A stretch of DNA of 31,247 bases from Candidatus Hydrogenedentota bacterium (lineage in GTDB: Bacteria; Hydrogenedentota; Hydrogenedentia; Hydrogenedentales; SLHB01), in NCBI GenBank assembly GCA_034408725.1, contig JAWXCN010000176.1, positions 1 through 31,247 on the forward strand, written 5' to 3'. Below the pieces are notes generated by a model that did no database searches, had not been told where the DNA came from, and was given only the letters and a program-made list of their open reading frames with translations. A program made the translations under genes and the position numbers. Position 1 is the stretch's first letter; every line of letters starts with the position of its first letter. Of this stretch, positions 16,031 to 26,209 are shown in pieces.

Positions 16031-17242
16031 CTACGATACGTTCGCGCTCATGGTGAGAATCGGCATCAGCATTGACACGACGAGCCCTCCCACCAGCACG
16101 CCCATTATGATTATCATGATCGGTTCAAGTAGCGCGGTGAGCGTTTTGACCGCGCGGTCCACTTCAATGTCATATGCATCGGCCATGCGTTTGGTGACTC
16201 CGCCCAACTTGCCGCTTTCTTCGCCAATGACAAACATGTTCACCACCATCGGCGGAAAATACTTCGTTTGGGCGAGCCCGGAACTGATGCTGTCGCCTTC
16301 CGCAACGCGGGCCTGCACGACGTCCACTTCACGCGCGATGGCGCGGTTGCTCAGCGTTTCGACGGTGATGCGGAGTGATTTGAGGACCGGCACGCCGTTG
16401 TCGAGCAATGTTCCAAGCGTCCGGGCGAATTGGGCCATAACGTATTTTTGAACGACGGCGCGCACAACCGGAATGCGCAACAGGACCGTATCGCACACCA
16501 TGCGGCCATCTGGCGTGCGCCAGTAGTACACCGCGCCGGCCACTGCGCCAACCGCCGCGAGCAGAACGGCCCACCACCAAGTGCCCATGAACCCGCAGAT
16601 AGCAAGCACGATACGGGTGGGCAACGGCATTGGGACGCCGAAATCCTCGAACAAAACGAGGAACTTGGGAAACACGAACGACGTCAGGATAAAGATTGCG
16701 AGCGTGCCCATGATGACAAGAATCGCGGGGTAGATCATCGCCGATATAGCTTTGGCGCGCAGTTCTTCATCCTGTTCGCCGAACTGGACGATGCGCCACA
16801 AGACTTCTTCCAGCATGCCTCCCGTTTCGCCGGCGCGCACGAGATTACAGTGCATCGGCGTGAAAACTTTTGGATGGCGTTCCATGGCTTCGGCGAAGGT
16901 GCTGCCTTTTTGCACGTCGTCCCGCAATTGCTCAACGACGGCCACGAGTTTGGCGTTGGTTGTTTGTTGGGTGATTGTAGATAGGGCGCGAGTCAGCGGC
17001 ATACCCGATTCGATCAGGGTCGCCAACTGGCGGAACAGAATGTTGCGTTCCTTCAATTTGACCCGGGTCATCGCGCGAAGGAGGGCATCGTTTTTCCGTT
17101 CGCCCGAAAACTCTTCGATGGAAATCGGGAAATATCCCATGTCTCGAAGACGGACGACCGCGGCGCGGCGGCTCTCGGCCTCCAACACCCCTGTTGTGGT
17201 TGGGCCGGGACCTTTCTTCACCTCATACTGAAACTGCGGCAT
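16031..17242 (-). CDS. gspF: Inner-membrane platform protein GspF/PilC
   Basis: Motifs FRQLATLIESG, AGETGGML, AMIYP, GEESGKL and LLEP. Confidence 0.95.
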   Translation of the reverse strand: MPQFQYEVKKGPGPTTTGVLEAESRRAAVVRLRDMGYFPISIEEFSGERKNDALLRAMTRVKLKERNILFRQLATLIESGMPLTRALSTITQQTTNAKLVAVVEQLRDDVQKGSTFAEAMERHPKVFTPMHCNLVRAGETGGMLEEVLWRIVQFGEQDEELRAKAISAMIYPAILVIMGTLAIFILTSFVFPKFLVLFEDFGVPMPLPTRIVLAICGFMGTWWWAVLLAAVGAVAGAVYYWRTPDGRMVCDTVLLRIPVVRAVVQKYVMAQFARTLGTLLDNGVPVLKSLRITVETLSNRAIAREVDVVQARVAEGDSISSGLAQTKYFPPMVVNMFVIGEESGKLGGVTKRMADAYDIEVDRAVKTLTALLEPIMIIIMGVLVGGLVVSMLMPILTMSANVS

Positions 17243-17243
17243 A

Positions 17244-18965
17244 TCAAGACTCGACGGTGTCGAACATGTCGGATTCCGCGGTCACGCGCACGACTTCCTC
17301 GAAGGTCGTCTTTCCTTCGCGGACGCGTTGCCAGCCGGAACTGCGCAGCGTGCGCATGCCGAGTTCCATTGCGCGGCGTTTGATATGGGTTGACGGTTCG
17401 CGGCGAATCGTCATGTCCTTGATTTCATTCGTGAATGGAAGCAGCTCGTATATCGCGATGCGGCCGTGGTATCCCGTGTTCCGGCAGGCGTCGCATCCGC
17501 GGCCACGGCGGAACGTCGCGCCTTCGCCGTCTTTCGGGGATTTCCCGAGTTGCGCATAGTCCGTTGAGCTGGGAGTAAACGGTTCCGCGCAATGCACGCA
17601 GATACAGCGCACCAGGCGTTGCGCGAGCGATGCGATCATCGTGCTGGCGATCAGGAACGGCTCGACGCCCATATCCACGAGACGCGTGACGGCCCCGGCG
17701 GCATCGTTGGTGTGCAGCGTGCTAAACACCAGGTGACCGGTGAGACTTGATCGGATCGCCATTTCCGCCGTTTCATAATCCCGGATTTCACCGACGAGCA
17801 TCACGTCGGGATCATGCCGCAACATCGAGCGCAGGGCAGACGTAAAGTCGAACCCGATCTGCGGCATGGTCTGCATTTGGGTGATACCCTTGAGCTGATA
17901 CTCGATGGGGTCTTCGATCGTGATAATTTTATGTTCGAGTTTGTTGAGCTTACTCAGCGCCGCGTAAAGTGTAGTGGTTTTGCCGCTTCCCGTCGGGCCC
18001 GTGACGAGAATCATTCCGTGCGGCCGCGTGAGAAAAGTGTTGAACACGGTGAGGTCGTCGCCGGTAAACCCGAGTTGTTCGAGTGTCATGAACATCGAAG
18101 AACGATTGAGAATACGAAGATTGACCGTCTCGCCGTGCGGCGTTGGCAATACGGATACGCGTAGATCGAATTGTTCTTCGCCGAGCGATGCGCGAATCTT
18201 ACCGTCTTGCGGCAGCCGCTTTTCGGCAATATTGAGGTTTGCCATAATCTTCAGGCGCGAAACGATGGCCGGTTGGAATCCCCGGATGCTCGGCGGAGTT
18301 GGAACACCGTGCAGCACTCCGTCGATACGATAGCGCAGTCGGAGTTGATCTTCGAAGGGTTCAAGATGGATGTCGGTGGCGCCGCTACGAATCGCTTCCG
18401 CGAGCAGTTCATTTACGAACTTGATGATGGACGCATCGAGGCTGTCATCACCAAGATCGGTCCCGCCATCGAGCGTCAGCACGCTCGCGGTGGAATCCGA
18501 TTCGCTCAAGATGCGTTCGACCGTATCCGCGCCGACACCGTACAGGGCTTTTGTCGCGCGCACGATTTCCTCGGGCGTGGCCACGCACATTTCCACGCGC
18601 TGCTTTTTGAGCACGAGGCGGATGTCATCGAGCAACTGGTGATCGAGCGGATCGGAAACCGCGACGACAATCGTGCCGTTGCGCTCCTGAATGGGCACGA
18701 AACTATAGTGCGTTGCGAACCGCGCGGGGACCTTTGCAACGACGCCGTGCGGAATGTCCATTTTGCTCGGCGCGACAAATCGCATCTCACAAAAATCCGC
18801 CAACGACCGGTACACGGCCTCGGCAGTGGCGGCCCCGGTTTCCACGAGCGCTTGCGATAGGGCGACGCCAACGCGACTGGCATGTTCGCGGGCCTGGTGC
18901 AACCGGGCGTCGTCGACGACTCCGTCGCGGACCAATTGACGTTCGAAGGCGGTTTCACCGGCCAT
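17244..18965 (-). CDS. gspE: Secretion ATPase GspE/PilB
   Basis: Walker A GPTGSGKT, TIEDPIEY, DVMLVGEIRD, GHLVFSTLHTN and tetracysteine CVHC...CDAC. ATG 18965 has a GGAGA SD; alternative TTG start at 18971. Confidence 0.95.
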   Translation of the reverse strand: MAGETAFERQLVRDGVVDDARLHQAREHASRVGVALSQALVETGAATAEAVYRSLADFCEMRFVAPSKMDIPHGVVAKVPARFATHYSFVPIQERNGTIVVAVSDPLDHQLLDDIRLVLKKQRVEMCVATPEEIVRATKALYGVGADTVERILSESDSTASVLTLDGGTDLGDDSLDASIIKFVNELLAEAIRSGATDIHLEPFEDQLRLRYRIDGVLHGVPTPPSIRGFQPAIVSRLKIMANLNIAEKRLPQDGKIRASLGEEQFDLRVSVLPTPHGETVNLRILNRSSMFMTLEQLGFTGDDLTVFNTFLTRPHGMILVTGPTGSGKTTTLYAALSKLNKLEHKIITIEDPIEYQLKGITQMQTMPQIGFDFTSALRSMLRHDPDVMLVGEIRDYETAEMAIRSSLTGHLVFSTLHTNDAAGAVTRLVDMGVEPFLIASTMIASLAQRLVRCICVHCAEPFTPSSTDYAQLGKSPKDGEGATFRRGRGCDACRNTGYHGRIAIYELLPFTNEIKDMTIRREPSTHIKRRAMELGMRTLRSSGWQRVREGKTTFEEVVRVTAESDMFDTVES

Positions 18966-19006
18966 CGTCAAATCTCCAAAAGCATGACAACTCGTGCATT
19001 ATCAAT

Positions 19007-19035
19007 ATGTTACCAAATTTATCCCGTGCCCGCAA
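19007..19035 (-). promoter_or_regulatory. Putative sigma70 promoter of the T2SS operon
   Basis: TTGCGG-17nt-TAACAT with an extended TG, about 40 nt upstream of gspE. Confidence 0.5.
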
Positions 19036-19102
19036 CAAACACTGGAATGTGAACGACCCGGAGAACGGAGGCTGGCGTTATACTGCGGCGTCCAAGCTGG
19101 AG

Positions 19103-20158
19103 TTACTGTTTCAGTTTTGCCAGATGTTGCAGCGCGTCATGCGCGCGGCCCGCGAGGACCGGATTCTCCGCCGCCCGCTGGTAGTGCAATTCCGCTTGCG
19201 GATAATCACTGAGGTCATCGCGAAACACGTCACCCGCCTTCAAATCCAGGAGGGCTGCTGCGACCGGTGATGTGCATCGCTCACGTGCCATGGCATACGC
19301 CGTAACCATAGCGACGGGGGAATCGGCGGAGCTCCCTGCGTCCGCGACGGCCAACTGTACCAAATCAGCGGCAGCCTGGTCGCAGACTTCGTATTGTTTC
19401 TGTCCCTGATAACTGGCGATGACTGACTCTAATGCGGTGAACGTGTCCGTGCGATCGCGCAGGGCCGCGTCGTATGCATAAATAGATGCGAACTGAAGGT
19501 CCTTTGCTTCGTCCAGCAGCAGATGGCGGTGAATCGCTTCGGTCTTCCGTTCTGAACCTTCGAGCGTATCGCGATAGGAGCCCAGCAGCGCGGTGTATCC
19601 CGCGAGCGCATCGGGATACCGCTTTAAGTCATAGGCCATATCGGCTGCGAGCCACTGCGCTTCGCCGGCCAGTTCATCTGATGGCTGGCGAGAGAGCGCC
19701 TTGCGAAGCGTTTCATACGCCGCGGGGAATTCCTTTTTTTCGATCAGCGTGTTTGCTTCCGCCAATGCTTGTGCCATGAGCGTGCCGGAGTTACCCGCTG
19801 ATTGCGTCTGGCGCACTAACGGAACCGGATTCGGTCCGCTAACGTACCAGGCGCCAACACCCATTCCCGTTATCAGCAGCATCGCTGCTGCCGCGTGTGC
19901 AATGCGAAACGCCGGACGTCTTTTTGCCGGCGTTTCGAGTCTCTCGCGGACAAAGGGAACAATATTGGGAATCGAGTGAACCGGCACACGAGGAATTGCT
20001 TCCGTCATCCGGCGCATCGCCTCGTATTCCGCGCGCAATGCGGGGTCCGACGCAATCGCCGTATTGAGAAGCCGTTGTTCACTTTCGGTCAACGGTTCAT
20101 ATAGCGAGGCAGCGAGAATGCCTTCGATCTTGTTTCGTTTCCAGTCAAACATGTTCAT
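19103..20158 (-). CDS. Putative anti-sigma factor (N-terminal ASD-like helices, TM, periplasmic TPR)
   Basis: Lies 9 nt after the ECF gene; L.E.L...E...L...I.SDP.LRAEY pattern; TM; TPR-like helices (AQWLAADMAYDLKRYPDALAGY). Confidence 0.75.
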   Translation of the reverse strand: MNMFDWKRNKIEGILAASLYEPLTESEQRLLNTAIASDPALRAEYEAMRRMTEAIPRVPVHSIPNIVPFVRERLETPAKRRPAFRIAHAAAAMLLITGMGVGAWYVSGPNPVPLVRQTQSAGNSGTLMAQALAEANTLIEKKEFPAAYETLRKALSRQPSDELAGEAQWLAADMAYDLKRYPDALAGYTALLGSYRDTLEGSERKTEAIHRHLLLDEAKDLQFASIYAYDAALRDRTDTFTALESVIASYQGQKQYEVCDQAAADLVQLAVADAGSSADSPVAMVTAYAMARERCTSPVAAALLDLKAGDVFRDDLSDYPQAELHYQRAAENPVLAGRAHDALQHLAKLKQ

Positions 20159-20167
20159 TTCCGGGTT

Positions 20168-20773
20168 TCATTCACTATCCGCTCCATACATATCGCGCAA
20201 TTCCACCTGCAGCTTTCGCAGTGCGCGGAACAGATGAACCTTCACGCTCCCGACACTGCAACCCATTACGTCAGCGATCTCCGCCAATTGCAAACCTTCG
20301 TAGTGCCGCAGGACAAATACGCTGCGTTGGGAGGGTGACAACACGACGAGTGCCGCTTGCACGCGCGCTTCGATTTCCATTGCCTGGACAGCGCTACCGG
20401 TTCCCGCCGCGGAAGCATGCTCCCGATGCCGCTCGTTGCCTTCTGAATCGATGGAGTCGAGTGGTTCGGTTTGCCGGCGTTTGCGCCAGCGGACCACGTC
20501 AATGGACTGATTGGCCGTAAGGCGCAGCAGCCAGGGCAAGAATCCGCTAATGGGTTGCCATGATTCAATTTTGCGAAAGGCCTTTAGAAAAACTTCCTGG
20601 GCCACGTCAAGGGCATCGTCCCGGTTGCAGGTGATGCGATAGGCCACGGAATAAACGCGACCCTGGTGGCGCCGCACGAGTTCGTCTAGCGCCTTTGCCT
20701 CCCCCTGTTTGAGAGCTTCGGCCAACTGCTCGTCGTCCGCAGCCTTCAAGTCCATGTCCTGCTTCCAGTTCAC
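20168..20773 (-). CDS. ECF-family RNA polymerase sigma-70 factor
   Basis: Motifs DDALDVAQEVFLKAF, FLPWL, LSPSQRSVFVLRHYEG and EIADVMGCSVGSVKVHLFRA. Start is GTG 20773 or ATG 20755. Confidence 0.93.
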   Translation of the reverse strand: MNWKQDMDLKAADDEQLAEALKQGEAKALDELVRRHQGRVYSVAYRITCNRDDALDVAQEVFLKAFRKIESWQPISGFLPWLLRLTANQSIDVVRWRKRRQTEPLDSIDSEGNERHREHASAAGTGSAVQAMEIEARVQAALVVLSPSQRSVFVLRHYEGLQLAEIADVMGCSVGSVKVHLFRALRKLQVELRDMYGADSE

Positions 20774-20777
20774 TCCA

Positions 20778-20807
20778 TTAACGCCCCAAAGTGCCGAAAG
20801 GTTTACA
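20778..20807 (-). promoter_or_regulatory. Putative ECF-type autoregulatory promoter
   Basis: TGTAAAC-17nt-CGTTAA immediately upstream of the ECF gene (AAC/CGT ECF signature). Confidence 0.55.
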
Positions 20808-20900
20808 ACGGCCAATTACGACACGAACATGAACTCTCCGGCGCTCCTACTGCCATGAGACTACATGGGTGACGCCGCGCCGGTAGATCGCCGGGCGCGA

Positions 20901-21599
20901 TTACAGCGTGTCACCAACGGGTACATCAAACTGCGCGAGATAAGGATAGATGTTGCCGCCGATGAAATCGCGGACAACTCGGGTATTGTCGCGCAATACT
21001 ACGATTGAATCAGTGGGTATCGGCCGCGCGAAGACGCCTTTCACTTCTACAAACACTTCATTCCGGCTGAACCGGTACGATTCGATGGTGACATGCAGCG
21101 CACCAGGATGCTCTGGAGTTTCCGGCAACACGAGGCGCAATCCGCCAACGCCGATGGGCCTGCCGATATGCGGCCCTAGTTTGTGCTCGAGTCCGCACAT
21201 TTTGTCGAAGAGATAGGAGCGGGCATCGTCGAAATGACTGAGCGCAAACGTCGTGCGAATCGTGACGGATTGCGCGGCAAACGTGGAAATGCCAAGTTCG
21301 CGCCCAGCATGGTCAGCGATGGTTTCGACGCGATCCAGGAAACCTGCCAACGGAATGTCAACCCACTCTTCCGCGATCAGAATCCGATCGGGCAGGAACG
21401 CGGTAATGGACTGTGTTTTCTTGCCGCGTTTAGTAAAAAAGCGCGGTGGTGCATTCGGTGAGAAGTCTGTGCCCAGATAGTTGGCGTGGCGCGTCTGGGA
21501 AAGCTCGTAATACAGCTTTTGTAACGCGGGCAAGGTATGGGAGCGTGGCGTGTGGAGAAGCTCGGTTGAAAAATGAATAGGACGGTCATCGGCTTGCAT
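20901..21599 (-). CDS. Hypothetical protein (alpha/beta, cytoplasmic)
   Basis: 232-aa ORF co-oriented with its neighbours; no recognised motif. Confidence 0.75.
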   Translation of the reverse strand: MQADDRPIHFSTELLHTPRSHTLPALQKLYYELSQTRHANYLGTDFSPNAPPRFFTKRGKKTQSITAFLPDRILIAEEWVDIPLAGFLDRVETIADHAGRELGISTFAAQSVTIRTTFALSHFDDARSYLFDKMCGLEHKLGPHIGRPIGVGGLRLVLPETPEHPGALHVTIESYRFSRNEVFVEVKGVFARPIPTDSIVVLRDNTRVVRDFIGGNIYPYLAQFDVPVGDTL

Positions 21600-21657
21600 G
21601 CAGTTAAGCCTACACGATGGACGGCAGCAGTGAAAGCGCGAAACGGGATTGGATACG

Positions 21658-22767
21658 CTAGCCGATCTTCTGACCGGCCGCGGCTGCGCGCTGCATGTCG
21701 CCCGCTTTCATGTACGCGTCTTGCGCGAGCTTATAGCGGCGCTTGCCGAGTTTGAAGAGAAGAATCGAGTTTTCCCTGTCGGCCTGCAACTCATTGGCCA
21801 TCGCGCAACGCGCCCAGAATTCCGCTTGGCGGTCCGGCGAGGTGATTGACAGGGCGGAGGCGATGCGCTGGGCTACGATAGCGATGAGACCATAATACCC
21901 GGCGGATTCGGCCATTGGCGCGACCTGCTGTAGAAAGGCGAGGTTGCGCTGCGCAATCGCGGGGTCCGGTGGCACGGAACCGGCGTAGGGCATCGGCACC
22001 GCAGTGCAATGGGAATAGGCAGCGATAAAAACGTTGATGCGGTCTCCCATTTCCTTGATATATTCGACGGTATCTCCATCGAGCACATGGGATGGGTCTT
22101 CAATGGCGGTGCTGGAAGAGCCGCTTCCGCTTTCGGCCTTGCGTTCCTGCCGTCGCCGCGCGCGCTCGCGCTGGTCAGATTCGTATTTGGCGATTGCCTG
22201 GGCATGCGCGCTTTCGAGGGCCTGGACGATTAGGGACAGGTATGTATCGCGGTGTTCGATGGCCATAAGGGACCGCTCGAGCAGGTTGTCTACCAGGAGC
22301 ATCGGAATTTCCACGGCACGGCGCACATTTTTCCCACTGACGAGGCAGGCGACCAATTCATTGCAGTAGCTGCGGAACACGTTTGGCCCGATCCCGTGGC
22401 CTTCGGCCTCAAGACCCTGAAGCTCCTTGTTGACATGCTGGTAAATGAAGTCCGCCGCAAGGACGTAACCACGGTCTTTGTGGAGTACCCGGCCTTCTTC
22501 GCGTTGTTTCGCGTCAAGCATGAACCGCATTTTGGATGCGGCTATGTAGAGGCCAATCACGCTTGCGATGTGCTTAAGCTCGGTGATGGCAAGAGTTGAT
22601 TCAGGGCTGTTCAACTCGTCAGCAGAAATGAGCTTCACCAATTGCGGCCAAAGGCGTGCTGACGCTTCACTGTCCCCTTCGCCCGGCGGCGGGGTATAGC
22701 GTTGCGTCGCCTCCGACTGTGAAGGCGGAGGCGTTATCAGGTCAGAAATACGTCTAAAAAAACCCAT
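21658..22767 (-). CDS. Hypothetical all-helical protein with TPR-like C-terminus
   Basis: 369-aa ORF with AGGAG upstream; C-terminus YKLAQDAYMKAGDMQRA. Confidence 0.75.
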   Translation of the reverse strand: MGFFRRISDLITPPPSQSEATQRYTPPPGEGDSEASARLWPQLVKLISADELNSPESTLAITELKHIASVIGLYIAASKMRFMLDAKQREEGRVLHKDRGYVLAADFIYQHVNKELQGLEAEGHGIGPNVFRSYCNELVACLVSGKNVRRAVEIPMLLVDNLLERSLMAIEHRDTYLSLIVQALESAHAQAIAKYESDQRERARRRQERKAESGSGSSSTAIEDPSHVLDGDTVEYIKEMGDRINVFIAAYSHCTAVPMPYAGSVPPDPAIAQRNLAFLQQVAPMAESAGYYGLIAIVAQRIASALSITSPDRQAEFWARCAMANELQADRENSILLFKLGKRRYKLAQDAYMKAGDMQRAAAAGQKIG

Positions 22768-22990
22768 CGAGTAGAGTGCTCCGCTCCTGAGACCCTACCT
22801 AAAGCCCGCTCCCTCCCCAGAAAGCGCACGAACCGAGCGATCGGCCCGCAGGCGGTATTCTACCTATCCAACCGTGAAATGCAAACTGAATTTGTAGACA
22901 GAGCAATTAGCATGCGGAAGATCGCGCGGAAGGTCTTTACGTAGAATACGATAGCGTGATTCGATTTCGCGGCGGGGAATGGGCTGAAAA

Positions 22991-23593
22991 TCATCGTTTG
23001 CCTGTTTTGGTTCGCAAGGCATCGTCCACCACATTCCAGATATCGCGAAGGCCGGCTTTCGTAAGCGCGGAAAACGGGACCAGGAGCGCATCAGAGTCGA
23101 TGTCCAGTGTCTTGCGGATGTCGCAAAGCGACTCGGCGAGTTCGTTCGGGCGTTGCTTATCAGCTTTAGTTGCGACGATTAAGGTGGGCACCTGCGCTTG
23201 TTCAAGCAACTCAAGCATGTCGAAATCCTGTCCGGCGGGTTTATGGCGCGAATCGACGAGGGCAACGACAAGCCGTAACGGGCGTTGCGAGGTGAGATAG
23301 GATGTGAGCACCTTTGCCCACTCTTCGCGCAATGATTTTCCAACTTTCGCGTACCCGTAACCTGGCAAATCGACAAAATAGACGTTTCCGTTTACGTCAA
23401 AGAAGTTAACGGTTTGTGTTTTACCTGGAGTCTTGCTCGTTTTCGCCAGCCCTTTCTTGTTCAGCAGAATGTTGAGCATGGTCGACTTACCGACGTTTGA
23501 GCGGCCCACGAACGCGATTTCCGGCCGGCCATCCCTCGGATACTGTTCCGGCCGCAACGCGCTTTTCACGAACCCGGCGGATAGGACTTTCAT
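22991..23593 (-). CDS. engB: Ribosome biogenesis GTPase YihA/YsxC
   Basis: Motifs [24 protein letters not shown] and TKADK. Confidence 0.96.
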   Translation of the reverse strand: MKVLSAGFVKSALRPEQYPRDGRPEIAFVGRSNVGKSTMLNILLNKKGLAKTSKTPGKTQTVNFFDVNGNVYFVDLPGYGYAKVGKSLREEWAKVLTSYLTSQRPLRLVVALVDSRHKPAGQDFDMLELLEQAQVPTLIVATKADKQRPNELAESLCDIRKTLDIDSDALLVPFSALTKAGLRDIWNVVDDALRTKTGKR

Positions 23594-25974
23594 TTCCGGG
23601 CGCGCGCCTTTTGGCCCGACTTTTTCTTTGCGCCGTTGACGGGCCTCTCGAACGCGATGCGCAACGCCTCGTCCACTTCGGTAACAAGCACGATGCGCAA
23701 TTCGTTTTTAATTTCCGCGGGGATATCAACAAGGTCTTTTTCGTTTTCTTTGGGAAGAATTACGGTGCGAATGCCGCCGCGATGCGCCGCGAGTAGTTTT
23801 TCCTTAATACCACCTACCGGTAGCACGCGGCCCCGCAGCGTTATTTCCCCTGTCATGGCGAGGCGCTCGGCGGGGGGCGCGTTGCGCAGGGCCGACACCA
23901 TGGACACGGCCATGGCGACACCGGCGGAAGGTCCATCTTTTGGTATAGCGCCTTCGGGGACGTGTACGTGCAAATCCAGTTTACGATTGAAATCGGCCGC
24001 AATCCTGAGTTCGCGCGCGTGCGACCTGAGATAGGTGTATGCGGCGTGCGCGGATTCTTTCATCACGTCGCCAAGCTGGCCCGTCAATGTGAGAATGCCT
24101 TTACCCTGCATCGTGCTGGTTTCGATGTGAAGCACGTCGCCGCCGGCCCACGTCCAGGCAAGGCCCACGGCGACGCCGGATTGCGCGAGATCGTCCGCGC
24201 GCAAGTCGCTGTACTCGTGCGGGCCAAGCATGACGGGCACGCTGGTTTCATTGACGATTACAGCCGGTTGCTTGCGGTTTTCCACGATCTTGCGCGCCGC
24301 TTTGCGGCAGACGTTGGCGATGCGCCGTTCGAGATCGCGAACGCCCGCCTCGCGTGTATATCGCTGAATCAGCGCATGAATGCCGCTGCTCTCGAATTTT
24401 ATGTGTTTGTCCGTAAGCCCGGTTTCAGTCATCTGCCGCGGAATCAGGAAGAACTTCGCAATGCGTTCCTTCTCGTAAGACGTGTAGCCGGAAAGGCGCA
24501 CGATTTCCATGCGGTCGTGCAACGGACCGGGAATTTCATCTTCGCTGTTTGCAGTGGTGATAAAAAACACTTCATGGAGATCAAAGTCAACCTCGAGATA
24601 ATGATCGCTGAACGCGGTGTTCTGCTCCGGATCCAGCACTTCGAGTAAAGCGGACGATGGGTCGCCGCGAAAATCCATGCTCATCTTGTCAATTTCATCG
24701 AGAATGAAAAGCGGGTTCTTCACGCCGGCTTTTTTAATGCTCTGGACTATGCGTCCGGGCATGGCGCCGACATAGGTGCGGCGGTGGCCGCGTATTTCCG
24801 CTTCGTCGCGCACGCCGCCCAGGGAAACCCGGATAAATTTCCGGCCCATCGATCGTGCGATGGAACGGCCCAGCGAGGTCTTCCCCACTCCCGGCGGCCC
24901 GACGAAACACAGAATGGGGCCCTTGGTGCTTTTACTGAGCTTGCGAACGGCGAGGTACTCGAGAATCCGTTCTTTTACTTTCGCAAGGCCGTAGTGGTCC
25001 TCGTCGAGCACTTTTTGCGCGAGAGCGAGATCGATCGAGTCTTTGGTGCGTTTGGCCCAGGGCATTTCCGCGAGCCACTCGATATACGTGCGGATAATCG
25101 CGCTCTCTGGGCTCATGGACGGCATGCGTTCGAACCGGCCGAACTCGCGCATGGCCTTTTCCTTAATCTCCTTGGGCATGCCGGCTTTCTCGATCATGGC
25201 GCGAAGCTCGGAGCTTTCGTCGGTCATCCCTTCCTTGTTGCCGAGTTCCTGGTGGATGGCCTTCAGTTGCTCGTGCAGGAAATACTCGCGCTGGCCGCGA
25301 TCCATTTGTTCACGGATACGCTCGCGCACTTTCTTTTCGATGTCCAGCATGTCCGTTTCGCGAATGAGGAGGACGGAAAGGCGTTCGAGCCGTTCACGCA
25401 CGGGGATAATCTCAAGCAGTTCCTGCCGCTCCTCGACGCGCAGAGGAAGATACGCGCATAGCAGGTCCGCGAGCGCGTTCGCTTCGTGTACAGTGCGCAT
25501 TGACGCGACCACTTCCGGCGCGACCCGTCCGCTCTGCTTGACGTATTGCTCGAATTGTCCGAGGCTTGCGCGCATCAGCGCTTCTGATTCAGAGCCTTCA
25601 TACGGTTCTTCCGCCACCGGTTCGACGGCGGCTTCGATAACGCCGTTGGACTCCCGCACCTTGAGCAGGCGCCCGCGACCGAGTCCTTCAATTACGGCCT
25701 TCATCGTGCCATCAGGCATGCGCAGCGTCTGAAGAACATTGGCCGCGACGCCGACTTTGTGTAATTCATCGATTTTAGGCGTCTCGACGCTCGGATCCTT
25801 TTGCGCGCACAGAAACACGGGAATGCCGGCAGCGAGACTTTCTTCAACCGCGGCAAGCGAACCGGGGCGGCCTACAAGCAACGGCATCACCATGCGGGGA
25901 AAGACGACGACGTCTTTCAGCGGCAGCAACGGTATGCGCTGAATAGTAGTAGCTGACTTCACTTTGGAAGCCAT
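23590..25974 (-). CDS. lon: ATP-dependent protease Lon
   Basis: LON N-domain, [13 protein letters not shown], catalytic Ser in PKDGPSAG and catalytic Lys in GGIKEK. Confidence 0.98.
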   Translation of the reverse strand: MASKVKSATTIQRIPLLPLKDVVVFPRMVMPLLVGRPGSLAAVEESLAAGIPVFLCAQKDPSVETPKIDELHKVGVAANVLQTLRMPDGTMKAVIEGLGRGRLLKVRESNGVIEAAVEPVAEEPYEGSESEALMRASLGQFEQYVKQSGRVAPEVVASMRTVHEANALADLLCAYLPLRVEERQELLEIIPVRERLERLSVLLIRETDMLDIEKKVRERIREQMDRGQREYFLHEQLKAIHQELGNKEGMTDESSELRAMIEKAGMPKEIKEKAMREFGRFERMPSMSPESAIIRTYIEWLAEMPWAKRTKDSIDLALAQKVLDEDHYGLAKVKERILEYLAVRKLSKSTKGPILCFVGPPGVGKTSLGRSIARSMGRKFIRVSLGGVRDEAEIRGHRRTYVGAMPGRIVQSIKKAGVKNPLFILDEIDKMSMDFRGDPSSALLEVLDPEQNTAFSDHYLEVDFDLHEVFFITTANSEDEIPGPLHDRMEIVRLSGYTSYEKERIAKFFLIPRQMTETGLTDKHIKFESSGIHALIQRYTREAGVRDLERRIANVCRKAARKIVENRKQPAVIVNETSVPVMLGPHEYSDLRADDLAQSGVAVGLAWTWAGGDVLHIETSTMQGKGILTLTGQLGDVMKESAHAAYTYLRSHARELRIAADFNRKLDLHVHVPEGAIPKDGPSAGVAMAVSMVSALRNAPPAERLAMTGEITLRGRVLPVGGIKEKLLAAHRGGIRTVILPKENEKDLVDIPAEIKNELRIVLVTEVDEALRIAFERPVNGAKKKSGQKARARK

Positions 25975-26002
25975 GGTGACTCCTTCATTGGGGTTTTCCG
26001 TA

Positions 26003-26047
26003 GGGGACTGTCACGGGCATCGCGTCTGGATGCCCGTGGCTGTCCCC
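26003..26047. repeat. Palindromic REP-like element upstream of lon
   Basis: GGGGACTGTCACGGGCATC-7nt-GATGCCCGTGGCTGTCCCC; arms match at 17 of 19 positions; GTAG at 26000-26003. Confidence 0.7.
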
Positions 26048-26112
26048 GATCTACTAATCTTACTACGGCTATCGCAACGAACGTCTACGCTATTCCATTG
26101 TCGCTTTCACGT

Positions 26113-26161
26113 AAAAATGCCGCGCCGGAAGGAGGAAAACTCCTTCCGGCCCAAACGCGGC
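26113..26161 (-). terminator. Intrinsic terminator after clpX
   Basis: Perfect 11-bp stem GCCGGAAGGAG/CTCCTTCCGGC, extended by GCCGCG/CGCGGC, followed by T5 on the - strand. Confidence 0.65.
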
Positions 26162-26209
26162 TATACCCTCTTGCGCCGAATTCCGAGGGAAATATGACAA
26201 CTGTGTAGC

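Noticed and set aside
22770-22915. CIRCE/HrcA operator half-sites (GAGTGCT, TTAGCA)
   Set aside because: They are not arranged as TTAGCACTC-N9-GAGTGCTAA, and no CIRCE is seen upstream of clpP, clpX or lon.
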